64,000 bases of DNA from IMG/VR virus record IMGVR_UViG_3300032069_000008. One strand, written 5' to 3'. Below, piece by piece: positions 15,818 through 26,219 of this stretch. A model generated the notes under the pieces. The model was given only the letters and a program-made list of their open reading frames with translations, did not search any database and had not been told where the DNA came from. The translations under genes were made by a program, and so were the position numbers. This stretch comes from an uncultured virus (IMG/VR IMGVR_UViG_3300032069_000008). Taxonomy: Duplodnaviria; Heunggongvirae; Uroviricota; Caudoviricetes. Each line of letters starts with the position of its first letter. Position 1 is the first letter of the stretch.

Positions 15818-16153
15818 ATGAGAAAATTACCAGAAGTTGATGGATATACGATGGATGAGCGTTTAAGGGAGTTTAGAAAATTACAATTGGGAAGCCAAGA
15901 GTTCATACCATTTGAAAGCCCCGAGGGCAAAAAACTGATTGAAAAATTCAACTGCTGCCAGGAATTCTGCAAAAAACTAGATGAATGGATTGCAGACGAG
16001 GAGATGTCAACGAAAGTATACGAAAGGTATTCCAAGATGGCATCAGACCATAATGAGAAACAAATCGAAATTATACTTGGTATGCTTTCGATGGATGAAC
16101 ACAAACACGGAAAGGCTTTAACCTCTTTAGTTGCTTTAGTATGCAAAAGTTAA
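15818..16153 (+). CDS. Ferritin/rubrerythrin-like helical protein
   Basis: DE.....Y...DEHKH di-iron-type half motif. Confidence 0.45.
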   Translation: MRKLPEVDGYTMDERLREFRKLQLGSQEFIPFESPEGKKLIEKFNCCQEFCKKLDEWIADEEMSTKVYERYSKMASDHNEKQIEIILGMLSMDEHKHGKALTSLVALVCKS

Positions 16154-16192
16154 ACTATTACGATGGAAAAATAAAGTAAAAAATGAGGAATA

Positions 16193-16375
16193 TTGATGAA
16201 AGAAGATTGTTGGCTTTCGATATTAGACTATGCTGAAGCTCATGATGCTTTAGCCATAGCCAGACACAACTGTAAAGAGCACGATATCTCTAGCGAATGC
16301 AGAAATGTGAGAATAGTATTAAACGATAAACTATCAGATGCCAATTCAAAGGTATTAAAGGCTTGCGAGGAATAA
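16193..16375 (+). CDS. Hypothetical protein
   Basis: GAGG ribosome-binding site. Confidence 0.45.
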   Translation: MMKEDCWLSILDYAEAHDALAIARHNCKEHDISSECRNVRIVLNDKLSDANSKVLKACEE

Positions 16376-16392
16376 AGAGAAGGAATCTTGAT

Positions 16393-16710
16393 ATGGATAT
16401 AAAAACATGTAAAGATTTAAGTGGGGAATACGACCCGGAAACAAATAAATGCTATGCAAAAATAGTATTCTCTTTTGATTTAAATCGGACGATAGACAGA
16501 ACCAAACAGGAACACCCTATGGGGCATATCGATGTTGATTTCAAAGACCCAAAAGCAGATAATCCATTGGCAAGGAACTGGGTATATGGCGGCTCAACAA
16601 AAACCATTGATAAAGCAAAGAGAGAAGTTGGGAAGATGAAGGCAATAAAGACGGCCATTGAATGCCGTATAGTTGATGCAAAAACAGGGGAAATATTGGA
16701 GAAGATATAA
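16393..16710 (+). CDS. Hypothetical protein
   Basis: ATG chosen within track ORF 16363-16710. Confidence 0.55.
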   Translation: MDIKTCKDLSGEYDPETNKCYAKIVFSFDLNRTIDRTKQEHPMGHIDVDFKDPKADNPLARNWVYGGSTKTIDKAKREVGKMKAIKTAIECRIVDAKTGEILEKI

Positions 16711-16715
16711 AAGAG

Positions 16716-16943
16716 GTGAAGAGTATGGAAGAAAAATATACTACATTTTGCTCTGATACATACGTTCTGAATGAAGACATTGATAGTGAGGTAAAAAAAG
16801 GATGGATACCAATAACAATAGCCATTGCGCGGATAAGCGAACACAGTATTCTTGGTTGCGTTCTGATGAAGAAAACCTTCGTCAGTAGAGATGAGAGCTG
16901 GCTACCAGAGCCAATAGATATTTTAAAAAAGATTAGAAGATAA
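16716..16943 (+). CDS. Hypothetical protein
   Basis: GAGGTGA ribosome-binding site; true start may be ATG 16725. Confidence 0.5.
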   Translation: MKSMEEKYTTFCSDTYVLNEDIDSEVKKGWIPITIAIARISEHSILGCVLMKKTFVSRDESWLPEPIDILKKIRR

Positions 16944-16952
16944 AATTGATAA

Positions 16953-17369
16953 TTGATTAATATGTCGCTACTACATGTGCGTATAGCTGGTTATGAATTG
17001 GATGATGCTTTTGTCTTGAAAATTATAATTGGTGTCGTTTGTGGTGCAATCCTTTTGATATTAATCGGTCAAACTGGTTTCTCAGACTGGGTTGCAAAGT
17101 CCCTTGTGATATGGATAGGAGTTACATTAATTGTCATACCCGTGACATTTATTTTTATAGAAGAACAGTTGGAGATAACGCATATAGGTATGATTTTAGT
17201 CGGAGTGGTCCTATTAGTATTTTTCAGTATCACTTCCAGCATACCATTAATAATACTATTAACGTCCGTACTGCAAGTAATGGTCTGGATGTCAATCTTT
17301 AGTATAGTCCTTGATTTTTTTAAAGATACAATAAAAAACAGAGCTTGGACGAAAAGAAGAAAAAGATAA
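16953..17369 (+). CDS. Membrane protein (about 4 TM helices)
   Basis: Hydrophobic segments and basic C-terminal tail. Confidence 0.65.
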   Translation: MINMSLLHVRIAGYELDDAFVLKIIIGVVCGAILLILIGQTGFSDWVAKSLVIWIGVTLIVIPVTFIFIEEQLEITHIGMILVGVVLLVFFSITSSIPLIILLTSVLQVMVWMSIFSIVLDFFKDTIKNRAWTKRRKR

Positions 17370-17584
17370 GGAGACAATAATGTCGGATAATGAAAAAATA
17401 GAGGAACTTGAAAGAAAAAACAAGAAAATAATTGCATGTATTTCTACAAGCGACACTTATAATGAATTCAAAGAATGCATGGAGCGAAGAGTATCACATT
17501 ATGAAGTACACAAAAAAATTGCTGAAGCAGCGAAACGGAGATAAAATAAACAGTCTCAAAATCTCAAACTTTATATAGCTTGCA

Positions 17585-18685
17585 ATGTTTTGTTTTTTGA
17601 TTTTTATGGCACAAGATGAATTGGATGTATCTGACCTTTTAGATGAGGAGCAATTGAAGAAAGAAGATGAAACTGAGACCGAGAGTGCGGTTGAACCTTC
17701 TGAAAAAAAGAAAACCAGAGAGGAAATAAAACTAGAGAAGATACATAACGCAAAAGCAAAAGAAGAAGAAGTAGATAAACAACTAAGAGACTCTAAAATA
17801 GAAAACCTCGATAGTAGCTGTTACATGGAAATGGACAATTATGTGGGGATGGTAAAAACAGGTGCAGCATACGGGTGTGTAATTGAAGGCCCTGGCGGCA
17901 TAGGAAAAACATGGCGTATAATCAACCTTTTGCAAGATGTAGAATATGCATATACCGATAGCTTTACTACACCACAAGCACTATATTGCTGGCTTTACGC
18001 TAACAGACGCAAAGAAGTGCTAATTGTTGACGATGTAATTGGTATACTTGATAACGCCAAAGCACTTGGTTTTTTGAAAGGAGGTCTGTGGCCCGTTGGT
18101 GAGGACAATAACCGCATAATCCATTACATGACAACAAAGCCGATGCAGGATGCGAATGGAAACTATGTCCCAAATGCTTTTGTTCTTAACGCCAGAATGA
18201 TTATTATAACAAACAAACTAAACAGGAAAAACCTACATCTGAATGCAATATTGACAAGGATTAATTCATGCAGAGTCGAGATAGATTATGAGGAAATGAT
18301 AAATATCATGGAACAGGTCAGTAAAAAAGACTACCGTGGTTTATCACTTGAGGATAGAATGGAGGTCCTAAAATTCATACAAGATAACACATCTGAGGCA
18401 AATGATGACCTTAACATACGGACTTTGATTAAATGCTTCCAACAGAAGGTTTATTCAAAAAGAATTAATAAACCAGACCTTTGGAAGCAACTGGCCATGA
18501 TGAGCATTTTGCAGAAAAACCCAGCGTTCATAGTTGTAGAAGAGATTGTTAACGACCCAAGCTACCAGACAGAAGATGAACGCATAGCAGAGTTTAAAAG
18601 GAAAACTGGAAGAAGTCGCGCTACATGGTTTAGATATAAGGAATCAATGCGGACATCTGGAGACAAACTAAAAGGCAACACATGA
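17585..18685 (+). CDS. AAA+ ATPase with C-terminal HTH
   Basis: Walker A GPGGIGKT, Walker B LIVDD, IIITN sensor, C-terminal GRSRATWFRY HTH; start may be ATG 17606. Confidence 0.8.
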   Translation: MFCFLIFMAQDELDVSDLLDEEQLKKEDETETESAVEPSEKKKTREEIKLEKIHNAKAKEEEVDKQLRDSKIENLDSSCYMEMDNYVGMVKTGAAYGCVIEGPGGIGKTWRIINLLQDVEYAYTDSFTTPQALYCWLYANRRKEVLIVDDVIGILDNAKALGFLKGGLWPVGEDNNRIIHYMTTKPMQDANGNYVPNAFVLNARMIIITNKLNRKNLHLNAILTRINSCRVEIDYEEMINIMEQVSKKDYRGLSLEDRMEVLKFIQDNTSEANDDLNIRTLIKCFQQKVYSKRINKPDLWKQLAMMSILQKNPAFIVVEEIVNDPSYQTEDERIAEFKRKTGRSRATWFRYKESMRTSGDKLKGNT

Positions 18686-19529
18686 TTGAAAAAATCTGTC
18701 CTGTCTGCGACTTTTCTTTTCCAACTCATAATATAGACCAACAAACTTGTAGCAAAAGTTGTGCTGGTAAATTAAATGCTAAAAAACGTAACATAATAAC
18801 TAGATTTGAGAGAGTTTGTCCGATTTGTGGCGTATCTTTTATAACATGCCAAGTATAGACCAACAAACATGTAGTGCTAGCTGTGGTATGAAACTGAGAA
18901 TAAGGCAACAAGGTCATCCCCGTGGTTATCTAGGAAAAAAAGGAGCTTGGGCAGGAAAAAAAAGACCTAAAGAAACAAATGAAAAAGTTAGCAAAACTAA
19001 AAAAGAATATTATGAAAACCATGATATTTGGAATAAAGGCATCCATAGAAAATATAATAATGCATTGGAAGACTATTATAAAAACAATCCAGAGAAAAAA
19101 CTAAAAATGGCACGCAAGGGCGGGCAATGGCATAAAGAACATCCAGGCCCCCTTTCCCCCTGTTGGAAAGGTGGCTATTTTCCACACTATGGTGAAAACT
19201 GGTTTATACAAAAAAGAAAAATTATAAACCATGCAAATGCAGTATCGGAGATAAGTGGTAATAATGGTGGAAAGATGGCAGTACACCATATAATTCCTCA
19301 GAGAGTATTTGTCCAAAGGTATATTGATTTGTGTTTGTCCGATATCTCTTCAATTGATTTGCTGTCTTTTAGAGTTTTGCCTTATGATTTAATCCCTACA
19401 TTAATATTTGAAGAAGCCAACTCAGAAGATAATTTGATATACCTGACGCAGCCAGAACATATGGAATTTGAGGGTATGCCACCCACTTTCTTTGAGGCGA
19501 TTAAAAATGCAAATTATGAAAAGCAATAA
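18682..19529 (+). pseudogene. Frameshifted NUMOD3/HNH homing endonuclease
   Basis: ORF 18682-18858 (CPVC...TCSKSC, CPIC) continues in the 18816-19529 frame (IDQQTCSASC, WNKG, WKGG, VHHIIP...N...NL..L...H). Confidence 0.7.
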
Positions 19530-19701
19530 ATTAAAAAACCTCCCTTGTATACACAATTGTAAGCAATCTTTAAAACCATTGTAAACTATCTAGTTTTGAA
19601 GGGCTTGAAACTTAAACGTTCCAACCCTGACATTCATGAGACTAGGGAGCAAACCAATCTTGGTAGCTCCCAACCCCTCTGGGGTAAAAAAAAGGCGAAA
19701 C

Positions 19702-19941
19702 ATGAGAATAATAAAAGATGTTGAGCGGATTGGAGTATTCTTAGATAATATCAGAATTATATCAAAACATGAAGAACCAGTGGTATTACCAAGAGATAGA
19801 TACGAGTTGGTTGCATATAATACGGAACAAGTAAAAGACCAATATGTTGCACGTGAACACGGAACAACTATAGAATTCGAAAAAGGTGCAATCTGTCGCA
19901 TATCAGAAGATAGAATCCAGTGCGGTAAGAATCTGCGGTAA
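19702..19941 (+). CDS. Hypothetical protein, tandem paralog 1
   Basis: Aligns end to end with 19963-20205. Confidence 0.7.
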   Translation: MRIIKDVERIGVFLDNIRIISKHEEPVVLPRDRYELVAYNTEQVKDQYVAREHGTTIEFEKGAICRISEDRIQCGKNLR

Positions 19942-19962
19942 TATTTATTAGATGTGAAAAAT

Positions 19963-20205
19963 ATGAGAACGATACAAAATGTCCAAGCAGTAGGTTTGTA
20001 TGCAGACGAAATTAGAATTGTACCGAAATACGAAGTACCAATAAACCTAAAGCGAGATGATTATTATCCAATAATTTTAGAAAACATTGAACGTGTGAAA
20101 GACGTAAGATTAGGTGTTGAATGCAGGATTGTTATTGAATTTGAGACGGGGGCCGTCTGTATCATCCAAAAAGATAAAATCTATTGTGGGAAAAACCCAT
20201 CATAA
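19963..20205 (+). CDS. Hypothetical protein, tandem paralog 2
   Basis: Shares IRI..K.E.P..L.RD.Y...N.E.VKD...IEFE.GA.C.I..D.I.CGKN with paralog 1. Confidence 0.7.
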   Translation: MRTIQNVQAVGLYADEIRIVPKYEVPINLKRDDYYPIILENIERVKDVRLGVECRIVIEFETGAVCIIQKDKIYCGKNPS

Positions 20206-20337
20206 ATCATAAGTCCATAAATACTCCTCAGGGGGTGCATCTCCTAGTCGTCCATCCTTGGTGTATGCACCCCTAAATATAATAATAGATGAGCAATGAA
20301 CTAAAACTTTTTTAACTAAAACGGTATTAACCCCTTC

Positions 20338-20538
20338 ATGCCTGAGCCACAACAACAAAAAAATAAACAAATTGATTTTAACGAACTGTTCAACACAGAA
20401 AGTTTGAAAGAGATACCTGTCGGAAAATGTTTGCCAAGTCCTGATGGTAAAATCTTAGCTTGCAGAATAAATGAGACTGAATGGGATATAAAGGCAGACA
20501 CGACGAGACTTAAAGGGAAAGTCAAAATCGAGATTTAG
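20338..20538 (+). CDS. Hypothetical protein
   Basis: Short ORF downstream of an AAAACTTTTTTAA promoter-like motif. Confidence 0.5.
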   Translation: MPEPQQQKNKQIDFNELFNTESLKEIPVGKCLPSPDGKILACRINETEWDIKADTTRLKGKVKIEI

Positions 20539-20588
20539 TAGATTTTTGAAGTATACTCTATTAGCCAAATCATTTATATAATTTACAA

Positions 20589-23500
20589 ATGATTAGTTCT
20601 AATATGCAAAAGTTGGTAGTCTTTATTTGTCTGTTAGTTCTTTTCAGCTATCTACCAATTCATGTTCATGCAGACCCACTTGTGAATGTCGTAACAAACC
20701 TCCGCACAAGTTTGACTTATTCATCAATACAAGATGCAATCGATGATGCAAGTGCTGGAGACACTCTTTCTGTTGGTGCTGGTACATATAATGAGAATGT
20801 TGTTGTCGATATAGAAGTCAATATCTATGGAGTATCAGCTTCAACTGTTACAGTGGACGGAGGCGGTTCTGGTATTGTTTTTGAAATAACTGCTGATTAT
20901 GTAAATCTTAGCAAATTAACAATTACAAATAATGGCGGGGATGGCGTATATCTAAACAATGCAGACCATGGAGTAATAACACGAAATATATTTTTACATA
21001 ACAATGGTACAAATGCAGGTATATTTTTTGACCATTCCTCTTACTGGCAAATCTATGAAAACGATTTTGAGGACAGTTCCATCTGCCTTTATAATGATGA
21101 TGACAGCGATTACAATCTTGCATACCATAATAATTTTTTAAACTGTTCTGCGATAGACGATGTACCGACTCCACCATCTACAAATCTATGGAACTTGACG
21201 TATCCCAATGGTGGGAACTATTGGTATGACCATTTCGATTTCACCGATGACTTTTCAGGTCCCAACCAAGACATCCTGGGAAGTGATGGCATTGTTGATA
21301 CACCGTATTCCTGCGGTCGTTCAGGGGTGGATTATTATCCCTCAATGACACCTATTGATTATACGAGTTTGCCACCGATATTATCAGACCCATCTCCAGT
21401 AAGCGGGACAACAGACATCAGCTTAACACAATCAATGGTAAGCGTTAGAATAGAAGATGCAAGCAATACGTTTGATTATACGATAGAGGGAACATATATT
21501 ACTGCAAAAAGTGAAACAGGGGCCCATAATGGCATTAAAACAACAAGCATAGTTTCAACTCTCCCATATTACACAACTGTAGTTTGGTATGTAAATGCGA
21601 CAAACGGCTTGAAATCCGTAAGTGCTGTTTATTCATTCATAACAATAAAATTTACTGCACCTGTAAATAATTATGTAGCCCCATCTTACGGTCCGTCTGA
21701 CCCGCAATGGAGAAAAACGCGTTGGAACGACGTACAAGATGCCATAGATACAATACAAACGGGAGGCACAATTCATATCTCGGCTGGAACATACGATGTC
21801 GGCATCGATAAGTTGGACAACCTCTGGATAAATCGCTCTATGACACTTCAAGGGGAAAACCGTGATACGACAATAATACACGGTGAATCAATGCATGGTG
21901 GTGTTGTTGATTTTACAATAGAGATTTCGGATGTAAAATATCCTTGGGGTCCAATATCAAATACTGTTAATGTTTTTATCAAAGATTTAACAATAGAAAA
22001 TGAGTATATTTCTGCCCAAAGCGCCTGTATGCAATTCCGTCAAACTCAAAACTGCAAAATAGATAATTGTAGGGTTAGTGGCGGATTTTACGGTATAGTC
22101 TTAGAACCTGATGCATATTATACCACCATCAGTTCTTGTCTTGTAGAGGATATGGAGAACACTGGAATATTAGGTATCGGAAGTTATACTACCATTGAAT
22201 ATAGCGAAATAATGAATAACCAAGAAGGACTTGCCCTCGCAGGTACTATCTATGAAGGCAACATGTGGATTATAGGCAATAATATACATGACAATAGTCA
22301 TAACGGTGTAGATATAGATTTTGCAAATAATGTAACTGTCATTGAGAATACAATCGAAGACAATGGCGATATAGGTGGTTCAGGATGTTATGTCTTCCAT
22401 TCAAGAAATGTTTCTATTTATCATAATAATTTCATAAGTAATCGTGTCCAAGCTGATGATGATGGGCTCAATACAAACCTAAAATGGAATGACACTTATC
22501 CATCTGGCGGAAATTACTGGGATGATTTTGATGAGCCATCTGAAGGTGCATATGACAACTATAAAGGTTCAGCTCAGAGCATTCCCGGTATCGATGGCAT
22601 AGTTGATGAGAACTCAATGAACCCATATACTATCCCAGGTGGTGGGAATGACTGGTATCCATTGATATATCCCTATTCAGGTGGACACTGTATGGGTGCT
22701 GATTTCTATTGGACACCATATTATCCATCAGTCAACGATACAGTAACTTTTTCTGAAGATGTATGCTCAATGAATGTTATTTCATGGAAATGGAATTTTG
22801 GCGATGGTACGACTAAAACGGCAACAGGTTCTACAACACATATCTATAAAAAAGCAGGGTATTATGATGTCACATTGACTATCGAAGATAAATGGGGAGC
22901 AAAAGACCACTCAACCAAACGCATTTATGTCGGCAATATGCCACACATTCCACCAATACAGCCACCAAAATATCCAGGTTATACCGTTCCGGAGATGTAT
23001 CAATTATTAAGGGCAGATAAACTAGATGTGACAACCAATACCGTCAAGATAATGGTTTTGGACACTGGCGTAACACAAAGAGAATACAATGGTATAAATC
23101 TCAAAAAAATCACGGTAGAATACAATCATGCCTATCCAAGCGGTACAGACGAAAACGGTCATGGTACGTGGTGCGCATATGCTGTTGCATATCTCCTTCA
23201 GACAAAAGCCCCGAATGCAAAGCAGATTTCATACAGAATGCTTGACAAGGCGGGTGGTTGTACCACGCAAATCTTTTTAGATGCACTTGACCAGGCGATG
23301 AAAGAAGGCGTAGATGTAGTTTCGATAAGTGCGGGCACAGATTTCGGTAAACCAGGCGACCCGTTGACAAAAAAATGTGATGAATTAAAACGTGCAGGCA
23401 TTATTATCATAGTAGCAGCGGGCAACAAGGGACCGGTATCATCATCGGTTGCGTCGCCCGGCGTATCCGATTCAGTGATAACGATTGGTGCTGAAGACCC

Positions 23501-24020
23501 GCAATGGTATGTTCAAGACAAACTTGCAGGAATTTTAAATTTGAAAGATGATACAATTGCGTATTGGAGCAGTCGTGGTCCAGTAGGTGGCATGAACTAT
23601 TACAAACCAGACGTAGTAGCACCAGGGGAGAGCATCTGGGGACCATGGCTCTCTGAGGAAAGAAAAGTGAGTGGAACAAGCATGGCAACCCCTCTTGTGG
23701 CTGCCGGAGTGGCACTCATAGTTGCGGAGAACCGAGGATTGATAGACCAGGCAAAACAAGCACTATTCTGGGACAAATCAGCAATATCTAATGCAATGGA
23801 AGAGGCACTGAAAGAGAGTTGCTATCCAAAAGGTGACAAGAATACGTGGGGAGCCGGCATCGTACAGTTTGATAAAGTTAACATACTATTCAAACAAAAG
23901 TTAAGCGGAATGATATTTACAGGATGTGCGAGTATTATCATATTGTTAGTGATACTAATAATAGTTATCTTACTATATATTTACAAAAAGAAAAAAACTA
24001 AAAAGTGGTGGGCAAAATAA
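20589..24020 (+). CDS. Membrane-anchored S8 subtilisin-like protease with two NosD/pectin-lyase-like beta-helix domains and a PKD domain
   Basis: Signal peptide; IQDAID and YHNNF...GGNYW repeats; WNFGDG (PKD); catalytic DTG, HGT, GTSMA; C-terminal TM with basic tail. Confidence 0.88.
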   Translation: MISSNMQKLVVFICLLVLFSYLPIHVHADPLVNVVTNLRTSLTYSSIQDAIDDASAGDTLSVGAGTYNENVVVDIEVNIYGVSASTVTVDGGGSGIVFEITADYVNLSKLTITNNGGDGVYLNNADHGVITRNIFLHNNGTNAGIFFDHSSYWQIYENDFEDSSICLYNDDDSDYNLAYHNNFLNCSAIDDVPTPPSTNLWNLTYPNGGNYWYDHFDFTDDFSGPNQDILGSDGIVDTPYSCGRSGVDYYPSMTPIDYTSLPPILSDPSPVSGTTDISLTQSMVSVRIEDASNTFDYTIEGTYITAKSETGAHNGIKTTSIVSTLPYYTTVVWYVNATNGLKSVSAVYSFITIKFTAPVNNYVAPSYGPSDPQWRKTRWNDVQDAIDTIQTGGTIHISAGTYDVGIDKLDNLWINRSMTLQGENRDTTIIHGESMHGGVVDFTIEISDVKYPWGPISNTVNVFIKDLTIENEYISAQSACMQFRQTQNCKIDNCRVSGGFYGIVLEPDAYYTTISSCLVEDMENTGILGIGSYTTIEYSEIMNNQEGLALAGTIYEGNMWIIGNNIHDNSHNGVDIDFANNVTVIENTIEDNGDIGGSGCYVFHSRNVSIYHNNFISNRVQADDDGLNTNLKWNDTYPSGGNYWDDFDEPSEGAYDNYKGSAQSIPGIDGIVDENSMNPYTIPGGGNDWYPLIYPYSGGHCMGADFYWTPYYPSVNDTVTFSEDVCSMNVISWKWNFGDGTTKTATGSTTHIYKKAGYYDVTLTIEDKWGAKDHSTKRIYVGNMPHIPPIQPPKYPGYTVPEMYQLLRADKLDVTTNTVKIMVLDTGVTQREYNGINLKKITVEYNHAYPSGTDENGHGTWCAYAVAYLLQTKAPNAKQISYRMLDKAGGCTTQIFLDALDQAMKEGVDVVSISAGTDFGKPGDPLTKKCDELKRAGIIIIVAAGNKGPVSSSVASPGVSDSVITIGAEDPQWYVQDKLAGILNLKDDTIAYWSSRGPVGGMNYYKPDVVAPGESIWGPWLSEERKVSGTSMATPLVAAGVALIVAENRGLIDQAKQALFWDKSAISNAMEEALKESCYPKGDKNTWGAGIVQFDKVNILFKQKLSGMIFTGCASIIILLVILIIVILLYIYKKKKTKKWWAK

Positions 24021-24123
24021 TGATAACGGAAATGGCATTTGCAGTTTTCAGCTTTGCTGCACTAAGCTATCTGTTTTTTAACAAGCATACTCTTGATTAT
24101 TTTAAGAGGAGAATGAGACTAGC

Positions 24124-24840
24124 ATGAGCTTTTGTGAAGAGCAAAAGAGAAACTTCGCACGGCTCAAATGCAACGTGTGGATAGTTCCAGAACCATATAA
24201 GACACCAGCAACAGATTATCCTCTCGAAAAGGTCGGTTCGGCAGAGTTGAAACGGTCATATGACCATCAAAACGTCTACGTCATGGAAGGGGTAAACAAC
24301 AGTGATTTTTGTTGCGTTGAAAACAAGATACCAATCACCTCTCTTAAAATTAATAAAACGACCTGGATGGTCGATATACCTTCTCATTGGGAAGGAATGA
24401 AAAGACTTGCAGAAAAAAGCAGAGGAAACGTTCTCGTCGGCGGTCTTGGTCTTGGATTGGTTTTACATGCCTTACGAAAGAATCCCAAAGTCAAAAAGAT
24501 AGATGTTTATGAACGTAATAAAGACGTAATAAAACTGATGAAGGACAAGATACCAAAAGACATCACAATCCATAATGAAAATGTATTTTCTTTTGCAGAT
24601 GAACGAATGTGGAAAAAAATAAAAGGGGAGGAAGTCACTGATTGCCCAGATACAATAATACTGGATACGTGGGTCGGTAAACCAGATAAAAAAATGTTTT
24701 ACGAAATGGTTGCAGCACATGGGAGTTTTTTGTTTGCTTGTCCTAATTCAAAAGTCTATATTTGGGGAACTAGAGACCCAGAATTGAACCCAGCTATTGA
24801 GAAAGAACCATGTGAAGTATTAAAGGAGATGAGAGTTTGA
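24124..24840 (+). CDS. Class I SAM-dependent methyltransferase-like protein
   Basis: VLVGGLGLG motif I, VYE acidic motif, IILD.W. Confidence 0.75.
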   Translation: MSFCEEQKRNFARLKCNVWIVPEPYKTPATDYPLEKVGSAELKRSYDHQNVYVMEGVNNSDFCCVENKIPITSLKINKTTWMVDIPSHWEGMKRLAEKSRGNVLVGGLGLGLVLHALRKNPKVKKIDVYERNKDVIKLMKDKIPKDITIHNENVFSFADERMWKKIKGEEVTDCPDTIILDTWVGKPDKKMFYEMVAAHGSFLFACPNSKVYIWGTRDPELNPAIEKEPCEVLKEMRV

Positions 24841-26219
24841 AAAAAGAAACTAAAAAAATATTAGCAATAACGTTAGTCCTTTTGCTGCTTCTCATAAGTT
24901 CGTTCTATGTATTATTTTTAAAGCCAGAACCTATGCAGACTACAGTAGATACACAAGGTGCTTGGTGGATAACACAAGCTTGGTTAGGATGGCGAAACCA
25001 GGATAATGTATATCAAAAATACGCCACGTTTTATGATGGTGAATCAATACAAGGCTGTGATTATACGCTTACATATAAACAGAGTGAAGGTTATGGGAAT
25101 CCTACGAAATGGAAGGTGACTGTAGAGATACAAGATAAAAACCATAATCGGGTTAAAGGAACTACTGTAACAGGCGGTGCATTGGCTGTTGGACAGACGG
25201 TTACTGCTGTGTGCGATTTCAGTCCTATAGAGTTATCATCAACTAATCGCCTTCATGGTGACGTCTGGATAGAAATATACAATACTAATGTGGGTTGGGA
25301 GGGTGGTCAATGTGTATCGAATCTTCCAATTAATGTTCAACCAAATTTACCTAGTTTTACATTAGATTATTATCAGGTGTCTGCAACAACTGCTAAGGCG
25401 GGTGACACTCTTACTGTTTCATATCAGTATACAAATACTGGCAGGGCATCCGGAACATTATACGTTGCCTTGTGGGCTGATAAATGGAAAAGAGGAGAAA
25501 ACTATGGGGACATGGAACTTTATACTAAAAAATCAGAGCAAATAGCGGTCGGCGGTACCCTTTCTGATACTATGTCGGTTCAAATTTTAGATAATTATGC
25601 GTCAGATGATAATATTATAAGATTGGGTCTGAACAATGAAATAAAGCAAATAACATACACACCGCCGATATACTCACTGACCATCGTGACTGTACCAGCA
25701 CAATGCCTTGTAACTACCTCTGGTAAATCAGTCAATTCAGGCACGGCTGGTGCGGTATTCAGCCTGGGAAAGGGAACATATAGTGTTACTGTCACAAAGG
25801 ATAAATATTCCCCGAAAACAGAGACAGTTGCACTTGACCAATCAAAAACAGTAATAGTAACACTATCACAAATAATATACGATTTAGAGATTAATACAAC
25901 GCCACTCAGCACGGTTGAAGTTAAAAATGTGGATACGAAATACGCAGATGAAAATGGAACTGTGACCTTCAAATTAATACCAAACACATATGCTATTGTA
26001 ATCTCAAAATCAGGATATACTGCAAAGTCACTATCAATAACTGTTGATAAAAACATGATTTATACACAAGCATTGGAAAAAAGCACAGTACCAACGCCAC
26101 CACCATCTACACCACCACCTACAACACCACCCACCAAAAAGACACCGGGATTTGAAACCGCGATATCGCTAATCGCCTTAGCACTTGTTGTTATTGCATG
26201 GAGGAAACGCCGTGAGTGA
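24837..26219 (+). CDS. Cell-surface protein with PEGA-like repeats and PGF-CTERM
   Basis: N-terminal TM, Pro/Thr linker, TPGFE plus TM plus RKRR. Confidence 0.85.
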   Translation: MKKETKKILAITLVLLLLLISSFYVLFLKPEPMQTTVDTQGAWWITQAWLGWRNQDNVYQKYATFYDGESIQGCDYTLTYKQSEGYGNPTKWKVTVEIQDKNHNRVKGTTVTGGALAVGQTVTAVCDFSPIELSSTNRLHGDVWIEIYNTNVGWEGGQCVSNLPINVQPNLPSFTLDYYQVSATTAKAGDTLTVSYQYTNTGRASGTLYVALWADKWKRGENYGDMELYTKKSEQIAVGGTLSDTMSVQILDNYASDDNIIRLGLNNEIKQITYTPPIYSLTIVTVPAQCLVTTSGKSVNSGTAGAVFSLGKGTYSVTVTKDKYSPKTETVALDQSKTVIVTLSQIIYDLEINTTPLSTVEVKNVDTKYADENGTVTFKLIPNTYAIVISKSGYTAKSLSITVDKNMIYTQALEKSTVPTPPPSTPPPTTPPTKKTPGFETAISLIALALVVIAWRKRRE

